A stretch of DNA of 64,000 bases from Candidatus Latescibacterota bacterium (GCA_965222075.1 OZ244937.1:544001-608000); one strand, 5' to 3'. Positions 25,946 through 36,767 are shown, counted from the stretch's first letter. Notes: generated by a model not told the origin, from the letters alone. A program made the numbers and translations.

Positions 25946-26986
25946 TCAGGGGACAGGCACGGCGTCTGCCAGGGTGAAGGTGTGAGCCATCAGGTCGACC
26001 TGTCGCAGGTAGGGTTCTTTCTTTTTGTTGGGGGCAAAAACGCCGACATCGACAAAGAAGAACCGGTCCAGGTCGACATCCACAAAGGCGTAGCTCTTAA
26101 AGGGGCCACCCGTCCAGTTGGCCTCGTTTTCCCACATGCCCTGCAGGGAGACGGCCAGCTTTCCGGAAAACTCGGACTGAGAGACGTCCACATCTTCCGC
26201 CACGATCCGGTCCCCGTCGAAGAACCGCCGGGTGATTTCATCCCGCTTCCGGATACACCACTCACCCGTTACCCGGTCGGGGGGGATGCCGTCTTCCCAG
26301 TAGACGAAGAGCCACCGATTGGGATTTTCCTTGGCCAGGACGACAAATCCACTGTCGGGGTAAGCCTCTATGATCCGATAACCGAAGGATACTCGAACGC
26401 TCCAGCCAAAATCACGCGCCAGCCGGGTCGTGAGTTCCTTTCGTTCTCCGTAACGGTAGATGAGCTGCTTTACCCTTTTGTCTCTGGCCTCTTCAACGGC
26501 ACGGTAGAGCCGGTCTGCTTCCATTCTGATGTTTTCCACCAGGGCTTTCAGGTCTTTTCCAGTGGCGGTTAACAGGATCTGTTCTCTGGCCCAGATGTCG
26601 TCTTTCCAGGAGATGGAAGCGGTGCCGGCGCGTACGGCGCTTTGCACGTCCGGACTCAGGAGAGACCGCAGAAACCGGGCGGTGGGGTGGGACGCATCCA
26701 GCGGTGCGGCGACCAGGAGGTTCTTGCGCCTTTTGTGTTCGTATTCGTCAAAGTAGGCCACGTCCCCGCGCCGGATCCAGAAGATTTTCTCCGCCTGGGG
26801 GGTGTAAAGGACCTTTTCGAAGACATCCCGCAAAGGCTGCTCGAGGGTTTTCCAGTCGGAAGAATCGGCCAGGACGACGATTGCCTGGTTGGGGCCTACC
26901 GATTCGGGGAGATGATCCCCGCAGCCGACCTCCAGGAGGGCGCAGGCGACAAGGACCACGGGCCACGGAACACGGAGTTGGGACAT
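25946..26986 (-). CDS. DUF4837-like lipoprotein
   Basis: Lipobox-like LEVGC; TPQAEKIF; GMWE....GGPF; FAPNKKK. Confidence 0.65.
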   Translation of the reverse strand: MSQLRVPWPVVLVACALLEVGCGDHLPESVGPNQAIVVLADSSDWKTLEQPLRDVFEKVLYTPQAEKIFWIRRGDVAYFDEYEHKRRKNLLVAAPLDASHPTARFLRSLLSPDVQSAVRAGTASISWKDDIWAREQILLTATGKDLKALVENIRMEADRLYRAVEEARDKRVKQLIYRYGERKELTTRLARDFGWSVRVSFGYRIIEAYPDSGFVVLAKENPNRWLFVYWEDGIPPDRVTGEWCIRKRDEITRRFFDGDRIVAEDVDVSQSEFSGKLAVSLQGMWENEANWTGGPFKSYAFVDVDLDRFFFVDVGVFAPNKKKEPYLRQVDLMAHTFTLADAVPVP

Positions 26987-26995
26987 GCGATTTCT

Positions 26996-27658
26996 TTACG
27001 CTTCGAGTGTGTTGTGGTAGACCAGCCCGGCTATTGCACCGCCCAGGAGCGGGCCGACCCAGTAGAGCCACAGGTTTTGCAGGCCGCCCCCCAGCAGGGC
27101 GGGGCCGAGGTGCCGGGCGGGGTTCAGGGCCGCTCCGGTGATGGAGCCGCCGATGAGGATGCCCGAGGCGAGGGTCAGGCCGATGAAGAGGCCGCCGACT
27201 TTGGGGGCACGCCCGTCTATGGCCGTCCCGTAGACGACGAATACGAGGAAGAAGGTCAGGATAATTTCCATGACCAGCCCCATGCCGGCTGAGATCCCTG
27301 CTCCAAGGGCGGGGGTTCCCATGCTTACGGCGGCAAGCGCAGCCGCAGGCATGGCGAGTTTGATCAAGGCCGCGGCAACGATCCCGCCCAGACACTGGGC
27401 GACAATATACCCAATGGCATTGGGTACGTCGATTTTTCCGCCCAGAAGCGCGCCGAGGGTCACGGCAGGGTTGATGTGCCCACCACTGATTGCAGCGGTG
27501 GCGCTGACCATCACGGCGAGGGTGAGACCGTGGGCCAACGCGATGCCGACCAGACCGGACTGGCCACCCATCATATGGTTGCTGGCAATCGCACCGACAC
27601 CGACGAAGACGAGCGCGAAGGTGCCGATGAATTCCGCGAGCAATGCTTTCCCGTTCAT
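26996..27658 (-). CDS. Aquaporin (MIP family)
   Basis: AEFIGTF, SGGHINPAVT, ALNPARHLGPA, YWVGP. Confidence 0.95.
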   Translation of the reverse strand: MNGKALLAEFIGTFALVFVGVGAIASNHMMGGQSGLVGIALAHGLTLAVMVSATAAISGGHINPAVTLGALLGGKIDVPNAIGYIVAQCLGGIVAAALIKLAMPAAALAAVSMGTPALGAGISAGMGLVMEIILTFFLVFVVYGTAIDGRAPKVGGLFIGLTLASGILIGGSITGAALNPARHLGPALLGGGLQNLWLYWVGPLLGGAIAGLVYHNTLEA

Positions 27659-27780
27659 AAAAATACCTTCCCTTTAGCAAGAACGTGAGACGCCAACGGA
27701 CAATTGATGCCAAAATAATCGAATGGGTTGAAAAAATCAAGCGCAAACTGGTTGCTGCGTCCCGACGTCCGGCGCGGTGA

Positions 27781-30700
27781 CTACTGGAGGATCTCGAATC
27801 GGGAGCCGATGTCGGGGTATTTGGTGATTTCGATGTGTACGGGGAAGGCCTGTTTGAGCGCCTCCACATGGGTGATGACCAGGATTTTTTCGAAGTCGTT
27901 GCTGATGGCCTGGATGGCTTCCACGAGGTGGTCCAGGCCCTCCGCATCCTGGGTGCCGAATCCCTCGTCGATGACCAGGGTGCACAGCCGCGTGCCGGCC
28001 CGGCGGGCCAGGAGTTGGGAGAGGGCGATGCGAACCGCGAAGTCGACCCGGAAAGACTCGCCTCCGGAGTAGAGTTCGTAGCTGCGCTCTCCGAGTTCGT
28101 CGCTGATTTTGACCTCCAGCGTTTCCCGCGTGCCGCCCTTTTTGAGGTCCCGCAGGGATTCTAAGGCAATCTGGGTGCGGTTGTCGGTGAGCCGGGAGAG
28201 GATGCGGTTGGCCTCTTCCTCGATTTCGGGGATGGCCTGTTCGATGATGAGCGCCTGGATGCCGTCCTTGCCGAAGGCGGTGAAGAGCTCTGTGTAGATC
28301 CGGGTCTTCTTTTTGGCGGTTTTCAGGCGTTGCTGTTCCTCATCAAGGCGTCCTTCCAGACTTTTACACCGGTCAAGCTGGGTCTGCAGGGTTGCGCGTT
28401 CCTGCAGGAGGCGGTCGCGTTCGGGCCGTTTTTCCCGGATGCGGCCCTGGAGTTGCTCCGTTTCCTTTGCCGTGGCCTCGCCGGTTTTGACGGCTGCCTC
28501 AAGTTCGGTTGTCCGCGCCTTTGCACGGGCGGTCCGGGCCTGGACCTCTTCGCTCCGTTTATCAGCGGCCTCCAGGCGGGCCTGCGCGCCGGCGGCCTCC
28601 CGTTCTGCGGCCTGCAGGCGTTCTTGCTGTTCGGCAGCATCCTGGAGGGTTTCCAGGTTTTGTATGACCTGATGGTGGTGCGTCGAATCGTAGCCGAGGT
28701 CGCGGATTTCCGCCTGCCTGGTTTTAAGCGCTTCCTGGGCCTGCTGAGCGTAGCGCTTCTCACCCAGCCAGGTGCGGGCCAGGTCCCGTTTTTCCCGAAA
28801 GCCCGGCAGGGCGTCCGCTGCCCTTCGCCGGCGTTCCTCGGCGGCATGCAGGTGCGCCGCCCGGGTTTCAAAGGCGCTCAATTCCACCATCTGGTCGCGC
28901 AGTGCCCGATGGGCAGCAGGGTCGTAGCCGAGCCTTTCCAGTTCTTTTCGCGCTTCTGTTAGCGCACGGGCCTCCGGATGGGCCGTCTCCAGGTGTTTGG
29001 CCTGCGCTTCCAGGGCCGCAATCTGCTGCTGCTGCTCGCCCTGCGCGGCGGCGGCGGCTTCGGCACCGCGCAGGGCGGCCTCTGCTTGTGCGGCTTCTTG
29101 AGTGGCGCCTGCTAAGGCCACCAGACGGTTCTTCACTTCCTGGTAGCGCCGTCGGCAGGTTTCTCGTTCGGCCTCCGAGGCCCGGATTTCACCTTCGATT
29201 TGGGCGATTGTGGCTTTCAGGGCCTCTGCCTGTTCGGCCAGTTGTGCGTTGACCTGTGATCGGTGGTGCGGGTCGAGGTCGCTCCCGCAAAGGGGGCAGC
29301 GCGCATCCTGCATCTCGTCCAGGGCGGCTTGCCCTTTTTCGACCTCTTTCAGGTCTTTGGCCAGGCCGGTCAGCCGGTTGTGGGCGGCTTCAATCCGGGC
29401 CTTTAAACCAGTACCCTGTTCACGGATCTGATCTCGCTTTTCTTCCAGTTTTCGGATCTCTTCAAGCTGCCGGCAGGCGGTCTGAACCGCCTCTTGAAGC
29501 CGGGGATGCTCCGATGCGTTTTCTTCAAGCTGGCGCATCCGTTCCTGGTGGGTTTTCAGGGCGACCTGGATTTCTGAGCGTGCCGATTCCACCTGGCGTT
29601 CCAGGTCGCGCACCCTTTGCTCCAGCGTTTCCCGCTTTTCTCGCTGGTGTTCCCAGGCCTTCTCCTTTTCCCTTGCTCTTTGCAGGGCCGCGGTTCCGGC
29701 TTTGATCTCTTGCCGGTCTTTCAGGAGGTCTTCGGCTTCTTTGATTTCCCGCTCCGCTTCGGTGAGCCGGAGTTCCCATTCGCCCAGGCGGCTCTCGACC
29801 CTGTGTCGGGCCTCGGTAATGTCCTTTTCGAGTTCGTTCTGGCCTTTTTCCAGGGTACGGAGGGTGCGCAGTTTCTGTTGGAGCCGGGCCTCTTCGGCCT
29901 GCAGGGCGCGTTGTTGTCCAACCGCGGCGAGGATGTCGTCCCGGTGGTCGAGGACCTCGCAGCAGGCCGCCAGCGCTTCTCGCGCAGCAGAGGCCTGGGT
30001 CTCTGCTGCGGCCCGGTCTGCATTGAGCCGGGAGGTTTCTGTCCGAAGGTCGGCCAGTTCCTGTCGGTGGAGGTCCAGCCGGGCCTGTTCTGCCCGGAGG
30101 GTTTCCAGGCGGACCTCGGCTTCGGCCAGTTCCTCTTCGAGGGCTTCCCATTGCGTAGAGACGGCTTTGATCTCTTTTTGGTATCCCCCCTTTTTGTCGA
30201 TGGCCGCTTCGATTTCGGCCAGCTGCGCCCGGGCCTGTCCGGCTTGGGCTTCGGCATGCTGGGCGTGGGTGCGGGCGAGGGCAGACAGGTCGTCGTAGCG
30301 CGACAGGGCCAGGATTTCGCCCAGGATGGTCTTTCGCTCCCGGGCGCTGCGCCGGGTAAATTCGTCTGCCCGCCCCTGGAGGATAAAGGCCGAGTTGATG
30401 AACGTGTCGTAGGTCATACGGAGCAGGGCGTTGAGCCGCTCCTGGGTCTTGCGGAGCGACCCGCCTTCGGAGAGGGTTTTGAAATTTCCCTCGCTGAAGG
30501 CCTGGAGCTCTAAGCTGGAGGCGCTGCTCCGTCCTGTTTTCCGGTAGCTCCGGGCCACCCTGTAGCGTTCGCCTTCGAGGTTAAATTCGAAGGCGACCTG
30601 CATTTCGGTCGCACCGGTGCGGAGGAGGCCCTCGTCGGGTTTGTGCTCCGTTCCAGCCTTTCGGGCCTCTCCCCAGAGGGCCCAGGTGACCGCGTCTAAG

Positions 30701-30825
30701 AGAGCGGATTTGCCATGACCGTTTGGGCCGGAGATGCAGGCCACGTGGAAGGCGGTAAAATTGAGGGGGGGCACGCCTTCGCCGTAGCTGAGGAAGTTTC
30801 TAAGGGAGAGGGATATCGGTACCAT
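27781..30825 (-). CDS. sbcC: SbcC/Rad50 SMC-family ATPase
   Basis: Walker A GPNGHGKS, CPLC zinc hook, YSGGE, IDEGFG, ITH. Confidence 0.93.
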   Translation of the reverse strand: MVPISLSLRNFLSYGEGVPPLNFTAFHVACISGPNGHGKSALLDAVTWALWGEARKAGTEHKPDEGLLRTGATEMQVAFEFNLEGERYRVARSYRKTGRSSASSLELQAFSEGNFKTLSEGGSLRKTQERLNALLRMTYDTFINSAFILQGRADEFTRRSARERKTILGEILALSRYDDLSALARTHAQHAEAQAGQARAQLAEIEAAIDKKGGYQKEIKAVSTQWEALEEELAEAEVRLETLRAEQARLDLHRQELADLRTETSRLNADRAAAETQASAAREALAACCEVLDHRDDILAAVGQQRALQAEEARLQQKLRTLRTLEKGQNELEKDITEARHRVESRLGEWELRLTEAEREIKEAEDLLKDRQEIKAGTAALQRAREKEKAWEHQREKRETLEQRVRDLERQVESARSEIQVALKTHQERMRQLEENASEHPRLQEAVQTACRQLEEIRKLEEKRDQIREQGTGLKARIEAAHNRLTGLAKDLKEVEKGQAALDEMQDARCPLCGSDLDPHHRSQVNAQLAEQAEALKATIAQIEGEIRASEAERETCRRRYQEVKNRLVALAGATQEAAQAEAALRGAEAAAAAQGEQQQQIAALEAQAKHLETAHPEARALTEARKELERLGYDPAAHRALRDQMVELSAFETRAAHLHAAEERRRRAADALPGFREKRDLARTWLGEKRYAQQAQEALKTRQAEIRDLGYDSTHHHQVIQNLETLQDAAEQQERLQAAEREAAGAQARLEAADKRSEEVQARTARAKARTTELEAAVKTGEATAKETEQLQGRIREKRPERDRLLQERATLQTQLDRCKSLEGRLDEEQQRLKTAKKKTRIYTELFTAFGKDGIQALIIEQAIPEIEEEANRILSRLTDNRTQIALESLRDLKKGGTRETLEVKISDELGERSYELYSGGESFRVDFAVRIALSQLLARRAGTRLCTLVIDEGFGTQDAEGLDHLVEAIQAISNDFEKILVITHVEALKQAFPVHIEITKYPDIGSRFEILQ

Positions 30826-32087
30826 CAGCCGCTTCCTTCCAGGAGTTCCCGTTCCAGACGGGCTGCACAGGTCTGCAGGTCATCTTCGAGGTCTTCCAGT
30901 TCGGGGTGGTTCTGCACGTAAGCGTGCAGGGCCTCTTTAAGGCCCATATCTTCGGAGATGTCTGCGCGGCGTATGTGGGCCTGCGCCCTGGGTTTGGGGG
31001 CAATACCGGCCACGAGGAAGGCGGCCTCGAGGGCCTGTTTGACGGCCTTGAGGTCCACGGTGTCGGGCCGGTTGTCCGCGAGTTCGTAGATGACGCGGGC
31101 GACCGCGTCGGTGAGGGTGTGGCGTCCGATCTCCTCCAGGATGGCCGTGGTGGGATCTTCGTCCCCTTTGACTTTGACGGACAGTGTTTTAAACGGGCGC
31201 GCCGGGGTTCGCACAAAGCGGTAACTCACCTCTCGTTTGGACCCGTCTTCGGCGGCCGCTTCCCGGTCACCGATCGTGACCATGCAGACCCCTTTGGTTT
31301 CGGCTTCTTCGCCGAAGTCGATCCGTTCGATGCTGCCGGGATAGACCACGGGGGGATGCCCATGCGGGTTGAGGTCCTGGAATTTGTGGATGTGTCCCAA
31401 GGCGACGTAGTCGAAGGCGGGGTTGGCCAGGGTGCTGGTGAGGAAGACCGGGTCGCGCCCGATGATGGCGGTCTGTTCCGATCCGGAGAGGGTGGCTTCT
31501 GCGGCGGCCACATGCGCGGCCAGGATGGCGGGATAGCGGGGGTCCACCCGGGCGGCCAGGCCCTCGATGATCTGTGCGCCCAGGTCCTGAAGCACCTCTA
31601 CGGTTTCCTCCTGAGAGAGGTTCCGATAGGGGGTTTTGGCCACCAGCCGGCTGCGGTGGAGCCAGGGCAGGCAGGCCACCTGCACGGGGCCCGATTTGGT
31701 TTTTATGGTGAGGAGCTGGTCGTCCGAGGCCACATAGACGCCTTCTGTGCCGAGGGTGCCGAAGATGTCTAAGGAAGAGGCCTTTCCAAAGGCGACGGGG
31801 CTGTCGTGGTTGCCCGTGATGGTGACGATGGGTATTCGGGCGGCGACGAGCATCCGGATGAGGGAGGCGAATTCGCGCTGGTGGGTGGGGGTGGGATCGC
31901 AGGAGCGGTAGGCATCTCCGGCGAAGATGACCAGGTCCACCTCCTCCCTGAGGGCCTCTTCAAAGGCGAACCGGAGGCTTTTGACGAAGTCCTGCAACCG
32001 GGTGTGGAGGCCGGTTGCGGTGTCGAGGCGGCCGTAGTTTTCAATGCCGATGTGGGTATCTGCAAGGTGCAGGAATGTGATTTGCAT
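30825..32087 (-). CDS. sbcD: SbcD/Mre11 nuclease
   Basis: DTH, AGD, GNHD, LGHIH, YPGSIERIDFGE; start MQIT. Confidence 0.93.
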   Translation of the reverse strand: MQITFLHLADTHIGIENYGRLDTATGLHTRLQDFVKSLRFAFEEALREEVDLVIFAGDAYRSCDPTPTHQREFASLIRMLVAARIPIVTITGNHDSPVAFGKASSLDIFGTLGTEGVYVASDDQLLTIKTKSGPVQVACLPWLHRSRLVAKTPYRNLSQEETVEVLQDLGAQIIEGLAARVDPRYPAILAAHVAAAEATLSGSEQTAIIGRDPVFLTSTLANPAFDYVALGHIHKFQDLNPHGHPPVVYPGSIERIDFGEEAETKGVCMVTIGDREAAAEDGSKREVSYRFVRTPARPFKTLSVKVKGDEDPTTAILEEIGRHTLTDAVARVIYELADNRPDTVDLKAVKQALEAAFLVAGIAPKPRAQAHIRRADISEDMGLKEALHAYVQNHPELEDLEDDLQTCAARLERELLEGSG

Positions 32088-32270
32088 AGGGAAGTCCACC
32101 GCAGAGACGCAGAGGGCACGAGGAGAGGGATATGAGGGAGAAGAAATCGCTACAAGAGAATTTATACAGAAGGGGTTGAGGTTGTCAAGGGGTTTTGAAA
32201 CACTTTTACCTGGGGTCAAAAAGTGCCCACACTGTTGATGGGGATCGCCTACAAGGGCCTTGTTGCGGTC

Positions 32271-34103
32271 CTATTTCAATGCCCCCAGTTCCACCTGGAC
32301 GGCCCACGACGATGCCACACCCGTTTGGGTACGTTTGAGCGAATACCGGAGTTTTAAACGGATGTGCCGCCCGCCCCAGCCGAGGCGGACCCCGCCGGTC
32401 TGTCCCCGGCCGGTGAGGACCTGGAGGCGGCTGCCGCCCCAGACGTCGGGTTCAAAGGTGTAGATGCGGGCGTCGTAGGCGGTGATGTGGAACAGCGCCG
32501 CCCAGAGGGCCAGTTCCGGTCCGGGTCTGCGGCCGATGTTGAAGTTGATGCCGGCGGCCCGGCCGTGCCCCCGGCGGGATGGGGATGCGGCCCGGGCGCC
32601 TTCGATCCACGCCTTGAGGCGTGCCCTGCCCCGTCGGTGGGTGAGGCGGATTTGGGCACGCCGGCGGATACGGGGGCCGATCTGGCCTGAGGCGCGTACG
32701 GTTTTCCGCTGCGAGCCCAGGACAAGGCCCAGGGTGAGGCCCTGGAAGGGGCGGTGGGTGAAGTTGAGGCTGAACCGTTCGCCCCGGCCGGGGAGGGGGA
32801 GTTGACCGGTGCGCCGGATGCGGCCGTGCCGGTCCAGCCCCGCCTCTATCCGGGTTTTTCTGCGCGGCTTCCAGACCGCGCCGACAAAGAGGCCCCATTC
32901 GTTTTGAGGGGGGGTGCCGTAGGCGGAGGTGGCCGTGCCCCGAAGGGTCTGAAAACGGGGGCCGTAGCGCCGGGCGAGGGTAAGCAGGCGCAGGCCTTTG
33001 AATTGCACGGTGGAACCGGCCACCCAGGCCTGGTCTTGCCCCCCGGCAACTTCCCCGAAGAGGGTGAGGCGGTGGAGGCGCAGGTTCCAGTCGATGCCCA
33101 GGAGGCGGTGGTTCGGGTTGGTCTGGGCAAGGGGCGGGGTGAAGGCGGCCTGCAGGGCTGTGGTTGCGATTTCGCCAAAGGGGAGGTTGCAGTTGAGACG
33201 GAGTGCTGTGAGCTGCTCTTTGAGGGCGTCTTTTCGGTCCCGCTGGGTCTGGGTGACGTGCTGACCGCCCTCCCGGACACGGGCGTGTCCGGTCTCGTCA
33301 ACCGCCGCGTCCCAGGCGGTTCCGGAGAGGAGGAGGGTCCAGGTGAGACGACGGATTCGGCCTTCTGCGAAGAGCCCCCGGAGCGCTCCGTTTTCGGTGC
33401 TGGAGCGGTATCCGATTCGGCGGGTGCGGCGGGGTCTGGCCCAGGCCAGTCCGGTAGAGGCGCGGGTCTGTCGGCTGAAGATGAGGCCCTGGCCGAAGCC
33501 GGGACGGAAGTCGCCCAGGAGCAGGCGCGTTGTGCCCGGGACTTGGGAGACAGCGATGTATCCGCTCCAGAAGTCGACCAGGCCGGTCTCTCCGGGGTCC
33601 CGTTCGGTGAGGAGCGCGCCTGCTATCAGGTTGGCGATTCCGACCTCGGTGCGCTGGGCAATCCGCAGCTGGTTCCAGCGCTCCGGATGCTCCGGGGGGC
33701 GGGTGAGGCGCCACCGGGTCCGGCCGGATATCCGATGCCGTGCTGAGATGGAGAGGTAGGGACGGACCGCGTCCAGGGTTTCAGGGGAGATGCCCGGGAC
33801 GCGGAGGAGGTCGTCGATGCGGCGGAAGGGGCCTGCGCGATTTCGATAGGTTTCGATCTGTCGGGCGGTTTGGGCGGAGAGCCAGGGGAGGGCCTGCAGG
33901 TCACCTGCGGCGGCGCGGTTGAGATCGAGGCGAAGCCCTTCGAGGTCCTTCAGGAGGGCCTGATAGGCCTGGGCGTCTTCCGGGTCGGCAGCCGGGTATT
34001 CCTGGGCGCCTGGGGAGCCGATTGCTGCAAAGACAAAGATGAGGGCTGTCGTGAAAAGCCTTTTCAATCTGTACAGGGCCGGGTGAAAGAAAATGTCCCT
34101 CAT
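32271..34103 (-). CDS. Helix-hairpin-helix (ComEA-like) domain plus outer-membrane beta-rich protein
   Basis: LDLNRA....LQALPWLS...I..YR...GPF..IDDLLRVPGI; GDFRPGFGQGL; YDARIY.FE. Confidence 0.75.
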   Translation of the reverse strand: MRDIFFHPALYRLKRLFTTALIFVFAAIGSPGAQEYPAADPEDAQAYQALLKDLEGLRLDLNRAAAGDLQALPWLSAQTARQIETYRNRAGPFRRIDDLLRVPGISPETLDAVRPYLSISARHRISGRTRWRLTRPPEHPERWNQLRIAQRTEVGIANLIAGALLTERDPGETGLVDFWSGYIAVSQVPGTTRLLLGDFRPGFGQGLIFSRQTRASTGLAWARPRRTRRIGYRSSTENGALRGLFAEGRIRRLTWTLLLSGTAWDAAVDETGHARVREGGQHVTQTQRDRKDALKEQLTALRLNCNLPFGEIATTALQAAFTPPLAQTNPNHRLLGIDWNLRLHRLTLFGEVAGGQDQAWVAGSTVQFKGLRLLTLARRYGPRFQTLRGTATSAYGTPPQNEWGLFVGAVWKPRRKTRIEAGLDRHGRIRRTGQLPLPGRGERFSLNFTHRPFQGLTLGLVLGSQRKTVRASGQIGPRIRRRAQIRLTHRRGRARLKAWIEGARAASPSRRGHGRAAGINFNIGRRPGPELALWAALFHITAYDARIYTFEPDVWGGSRLQVLTGRGQTGGVRLGWGGRHIRLKLRYSLKRTQTGVASSWAVQVELGALK

Positions 34104-34234
34104 GGTCTGGTCTCCTTCCGTGGCGGGGTGCATTCAGTACGTTGGGTATCAAGGGGTTATCTCCTTTTGTGGGGAAGAGGACGGTTTGTCCACCAGGGCG
34201 TGTGCAAGCCGGATGCCAGCAGAAGGGAACGACC

Positions 34235-34282
34235 AAAAAAGAAAGGGGAGGACCCTGATGGTCTTCCCCTTTCCGGTTTTTT
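34235..34282 (-). terminator. Intrinsic terminator (possibly bidirectional)
   Basis: A6-GAAAGGGGAGGACC-ctgat-GGTCTTCCCCTTTC followed by a T run. Confidence 0.75.
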
Positions 34283-34288
34283 GATCGA

Positions 34289-34321
34289 CCTGCCTGCCGC
34301 GACGCTCGCGGCGCAGGCAGG
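34289..34321. repeat. Palindromic element (33 nt, intergenic)
   Basis: CCTGCCTGCCGCGACGCTCGCGGCGCAGGCAGG. Confidence 0.9.
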
Positions 34322-34330
34322 TGCCGCTGC

Positions 34331-36253
34331 CTACTGGTTGTCCACTGTGTCCTCGTCGGGCAGGGGGATAATTTTCCCCTTGCGAATGGTCAGCAAGTAC
34401 ATCCAGGCATTCTCGCGGTTGGCTTTGCCAAAGGCGATCTGGCCCGTTGCCGAGGGTATTCCGGAGAGGGATTCCAGCCTTTCGCGGAGTGTTTCCCTTG
34501 TCGTCCCACCGGCGGTGATGGCGCGCAGGACCGCCAGCATGGCATCGTAGCTGAGGGCTGCCACGATGCTCTGGTCTCTGCCAAACCGGGACCGAAAGGA
34601 ATCCACGAAGTTCCGGACGGATAAGTGTTTGCTCTGGTCGTGGTACCTGGCGACAAAGATCGCGCCTTCCACATAATCTCCGCCGTCGCGCGCCACTTCG
34701 GGGAAGTTCCACCCGTCGCTGCCCAGCAGCTGCGCCTGGATCCGGTGGAAGGCGACCTGGGGCGCTATGAGGAGCACGTCTTCACGCTCGCCGGCGATAA
34801 GGAAGCCGTCCAGGGTCTCCACGGGTTCCGGCTGGACAGTATCCGGATCGACCGGTACGGGCGGGGGTGGGGCCACGCGGATGCCGGCCAGGAGAAGCGA
34901 GTCGATTTCGCCGGCAAAGGTTTCGGGGATGCGGAGGGCCAGGCCGGCTTCTCGAATGCGTTCGAACTGCCCCCGGTAGTCGGTGGTTTCGGGTGCGTAC
35001 CATTCCTGCACGATCACTTCTGCGCCCAGTTCCTCGGCGCGGGCGGTGAATTCTCTGGTGATCCGGTCGCCGTAGGCGTCCCGGGTGGCGAGGGTGACCA
35101 GGGTTCGCAGGCCCAGCTTTCGGACGGCATAGTCGGCAATGCGCCGGCCCTGCGCGCCGGGCGTGGCGTTCATCTGGAAGATATAGGGGCTGATGGAGGC
35201 GATGCGGTCTTCGGAGGCTGTGGGGGCGATGAGGGGGATCTTGCGGTCGCCGGCCAAGAAGGCCATGGGGGTGGTTTCCTGGCTGGTGAGGGCGCCGATG
35301 ATGGCGATGACATCGTAGTGGTCGATGAGGCGCTTCGTGGCCAGCCCGGCCCGGATGACATCGCCTTCCGAATCTTCGATGACGAGGCCGACCTGGTCGC
35401 CGGAGGCGAGAGGGTTTTGCTCCCGCGCCAGCAGGATGCCATCCCTCAAATCCAGGCCCAGGGGGGTTTCCATGGGGCCGATAATACCCACTTTAAATCG
35501 GGCATGGGCGGGTTCGAGCGGCATTTCCGGGGGCAGGGCGTCTTTTTTTCCCGGGGCGGTTACCCCCTCTTTGGGCCGGGGCTTGAGTGTCTGTTGCGCG
35601 AGCGACGCCAGGCGTCCGTTGGGATACTGCTCCAGAAAGAGGGCCATTTTACGGATGCTCTCTTCCGGGCGGCCCAGTTTGCCGGGCCAGCGGGCCTGCC
35701 CGAAGGCGACGGCTTCTTCGACGATGGCCCGCCCGAAATCCGATTTGAGACGTGCGATGTCCTGGTCGGTGAGCCGGCCGGTGCCCGCCATTTGCCCGAG
35801 CCGATCCGCAGCCCGGGTTTTGAGACGGATGTCTGCTTTGCCGGTGAGGAGGCGGGCGTACTGTGCCGCAGCGCTGTAGGTCTGGCCCTGGTGAAAGTAG
35901 CAGTCTCCGATAACGAGATCGGCTTCGAGGAGATACCGGCTGGAGGGGAAGTGTTCGTAGAGTTCGTAGGCGGCGGCGATGGCCAGGTTGTATTTTTTGC
36001 GTTTGTAGTGGGATTTGGCCAGCATCAGTCTGGAGGCCGATGTGCGCTGGTTGGGGGGGTAGTGTTCGATGAGGTCCTGGAACCCCTGCCGAGCTTCCGG
36101 ATAGTTCCCGTGGATGTACCGGGTAAGCGCCCGCTGGAAGAGGGTTTCGGCCTCTCTGTTGAGGGTAAGCCCACCGGGTGGGGGAGAAGCAGCGTTGGCA
36201 GCGAAGGTGAGGAGGCCCATACAGAGGCAGAAGAGAGGGATTCGAGCCTTCAA
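34331..36253 (-). CDS. TPR (BamD-like) plus periplasmic-binding-protein type 1 (LppC/LpoA-like) protein
   Basis: Signal peptide, TPR helices, AIIGALTS, LLGSDGW, ALSYDAM, ATGQIAF. Confidence 0.8.
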   Translation of the reverse strand: MKARIPLFCLCMGLLTFAANAASPPPGGLTLNREAETLFQRALTRYIHGNYPEARQGFQDLIEHYPPNQRTSASRLMLAKSHYKRKKYNLAIAAAYELYEHFPSSRYLLEADLVIGDCYFHQGQTYSAAAQYARLLTGKADIRLKTRAADRLGQMAGTGRLTDQDIARLKSDFGRAIVEEAVAFGQARWPGKLGRPEESIRKMALFLEQYPNGRLASLAQQTLKPRPKEGVTAPGKKDALPPEMPLEPAHARFKVGIIGPMETPLGLDLRDGILLAREQNPLASGDQVGLVIEDSEGDVIRAGLATKRLIDHYDVIAIIGALTSQETTPMAFLAGDRKIPLIAPTASEDRIASISPYIFQMNATPGAQGRRIADYAVRKLGLRTLVTLATRDAYGDRITREFTARAEELGAEVIVQEWYAPETTDYRGQFERIREAGLALRIPETFAGEIDSLLLAGIRVAPPPPVPVDPDTVQPEPVETLDGFLIAGEREDVLLIAPQVAFHRIQAQLLGSDGWNFPEVARDGGDYVEGAIFVARYHDQSKHLSVRNFVDSFRSRFGRDQSIVAALSYDAMLAVLRAITAGGTTRETLRERLESLSGIPSATGQIAFGKANRENAWMYLLTIRKGKIIPLPDEDTVDNQ

Positions 36254-36281
36254 GGAGAGATCCTCAGGTGAGGTCGTTGAT

Positions 36282-36767
36282 TTATATGGAGAAGGTGTTG
36301 AAGTCTTCCGGGTGGATCTGTTGCAGGCGGTCCTGGAGGTCTCCCGGCTTTTGTCCGAGGGCCTCGGAGAGCTGCATCCGTTTTTCTACAACCGCTTCGG
36401 CTACGAAGATGGGCGCCTCGAATTTGAGGGCCAGAATGATGGAATCGCTTGATCGAGCGTCGACTTTGAGGGTGCCTGACCCGGACTTGAGGGAGAGCCT
36501 TGCCCGGTAGATATGGTCTTTCAGATCGGATATGACGGTCTGAACCACACGGGCGTTCAGACAGGATACGACCGTTTCCACCAGATCGTGGGAGAGGGGC
36601 CGCGGGGGACGGTTCGTGCCTGATGAGAGTTCAACAGCCAGGGCCAGCATCTCGTTGGTGCCGATCCAGATCGGGAGAATTCTGTCGCCGCCGATCTCCT
36701 GGAGAAGGACGACCGGCTCTCCGGTTTGTTGATCGATATAGAGTCCTGAGACCGATGCTTGAAACAT
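36282..36767 (-). CDS. Bifunctional nuclease family protein (DUF151)
   Basis: LPIWIG..E, PRPLSHDL, VDARSSDSI.LA. Confidence 0.9.
   Translation of the reverse strand: MFQASVSGLYIDQQTGEPVVLLQEIGGDRILPIWIGTNEMLALAVELSSGTNRPPRPLSHDLVETVVSCLNARVVQTVISDLKDHIYRARLSLKSGSGTLKVDARSSDSIILALKFEAPIFVAEAVVEKRMQLSEALGQKPGDLQDRLQQIHPEDFNTFSI

Noticed and set aside
32098-32125. CTCTGCGTCTCTGCGG-type low-complexity motif (similar style near 5755-5810)
   Set aside because: Too few copies here to define a repeat family
34625-36271. Long antisense ORFs (also 23492..24505, 60196..61716, 54794..56122)
   Set aside because: GC-rich shadows of well-supported genes on the opposite strand
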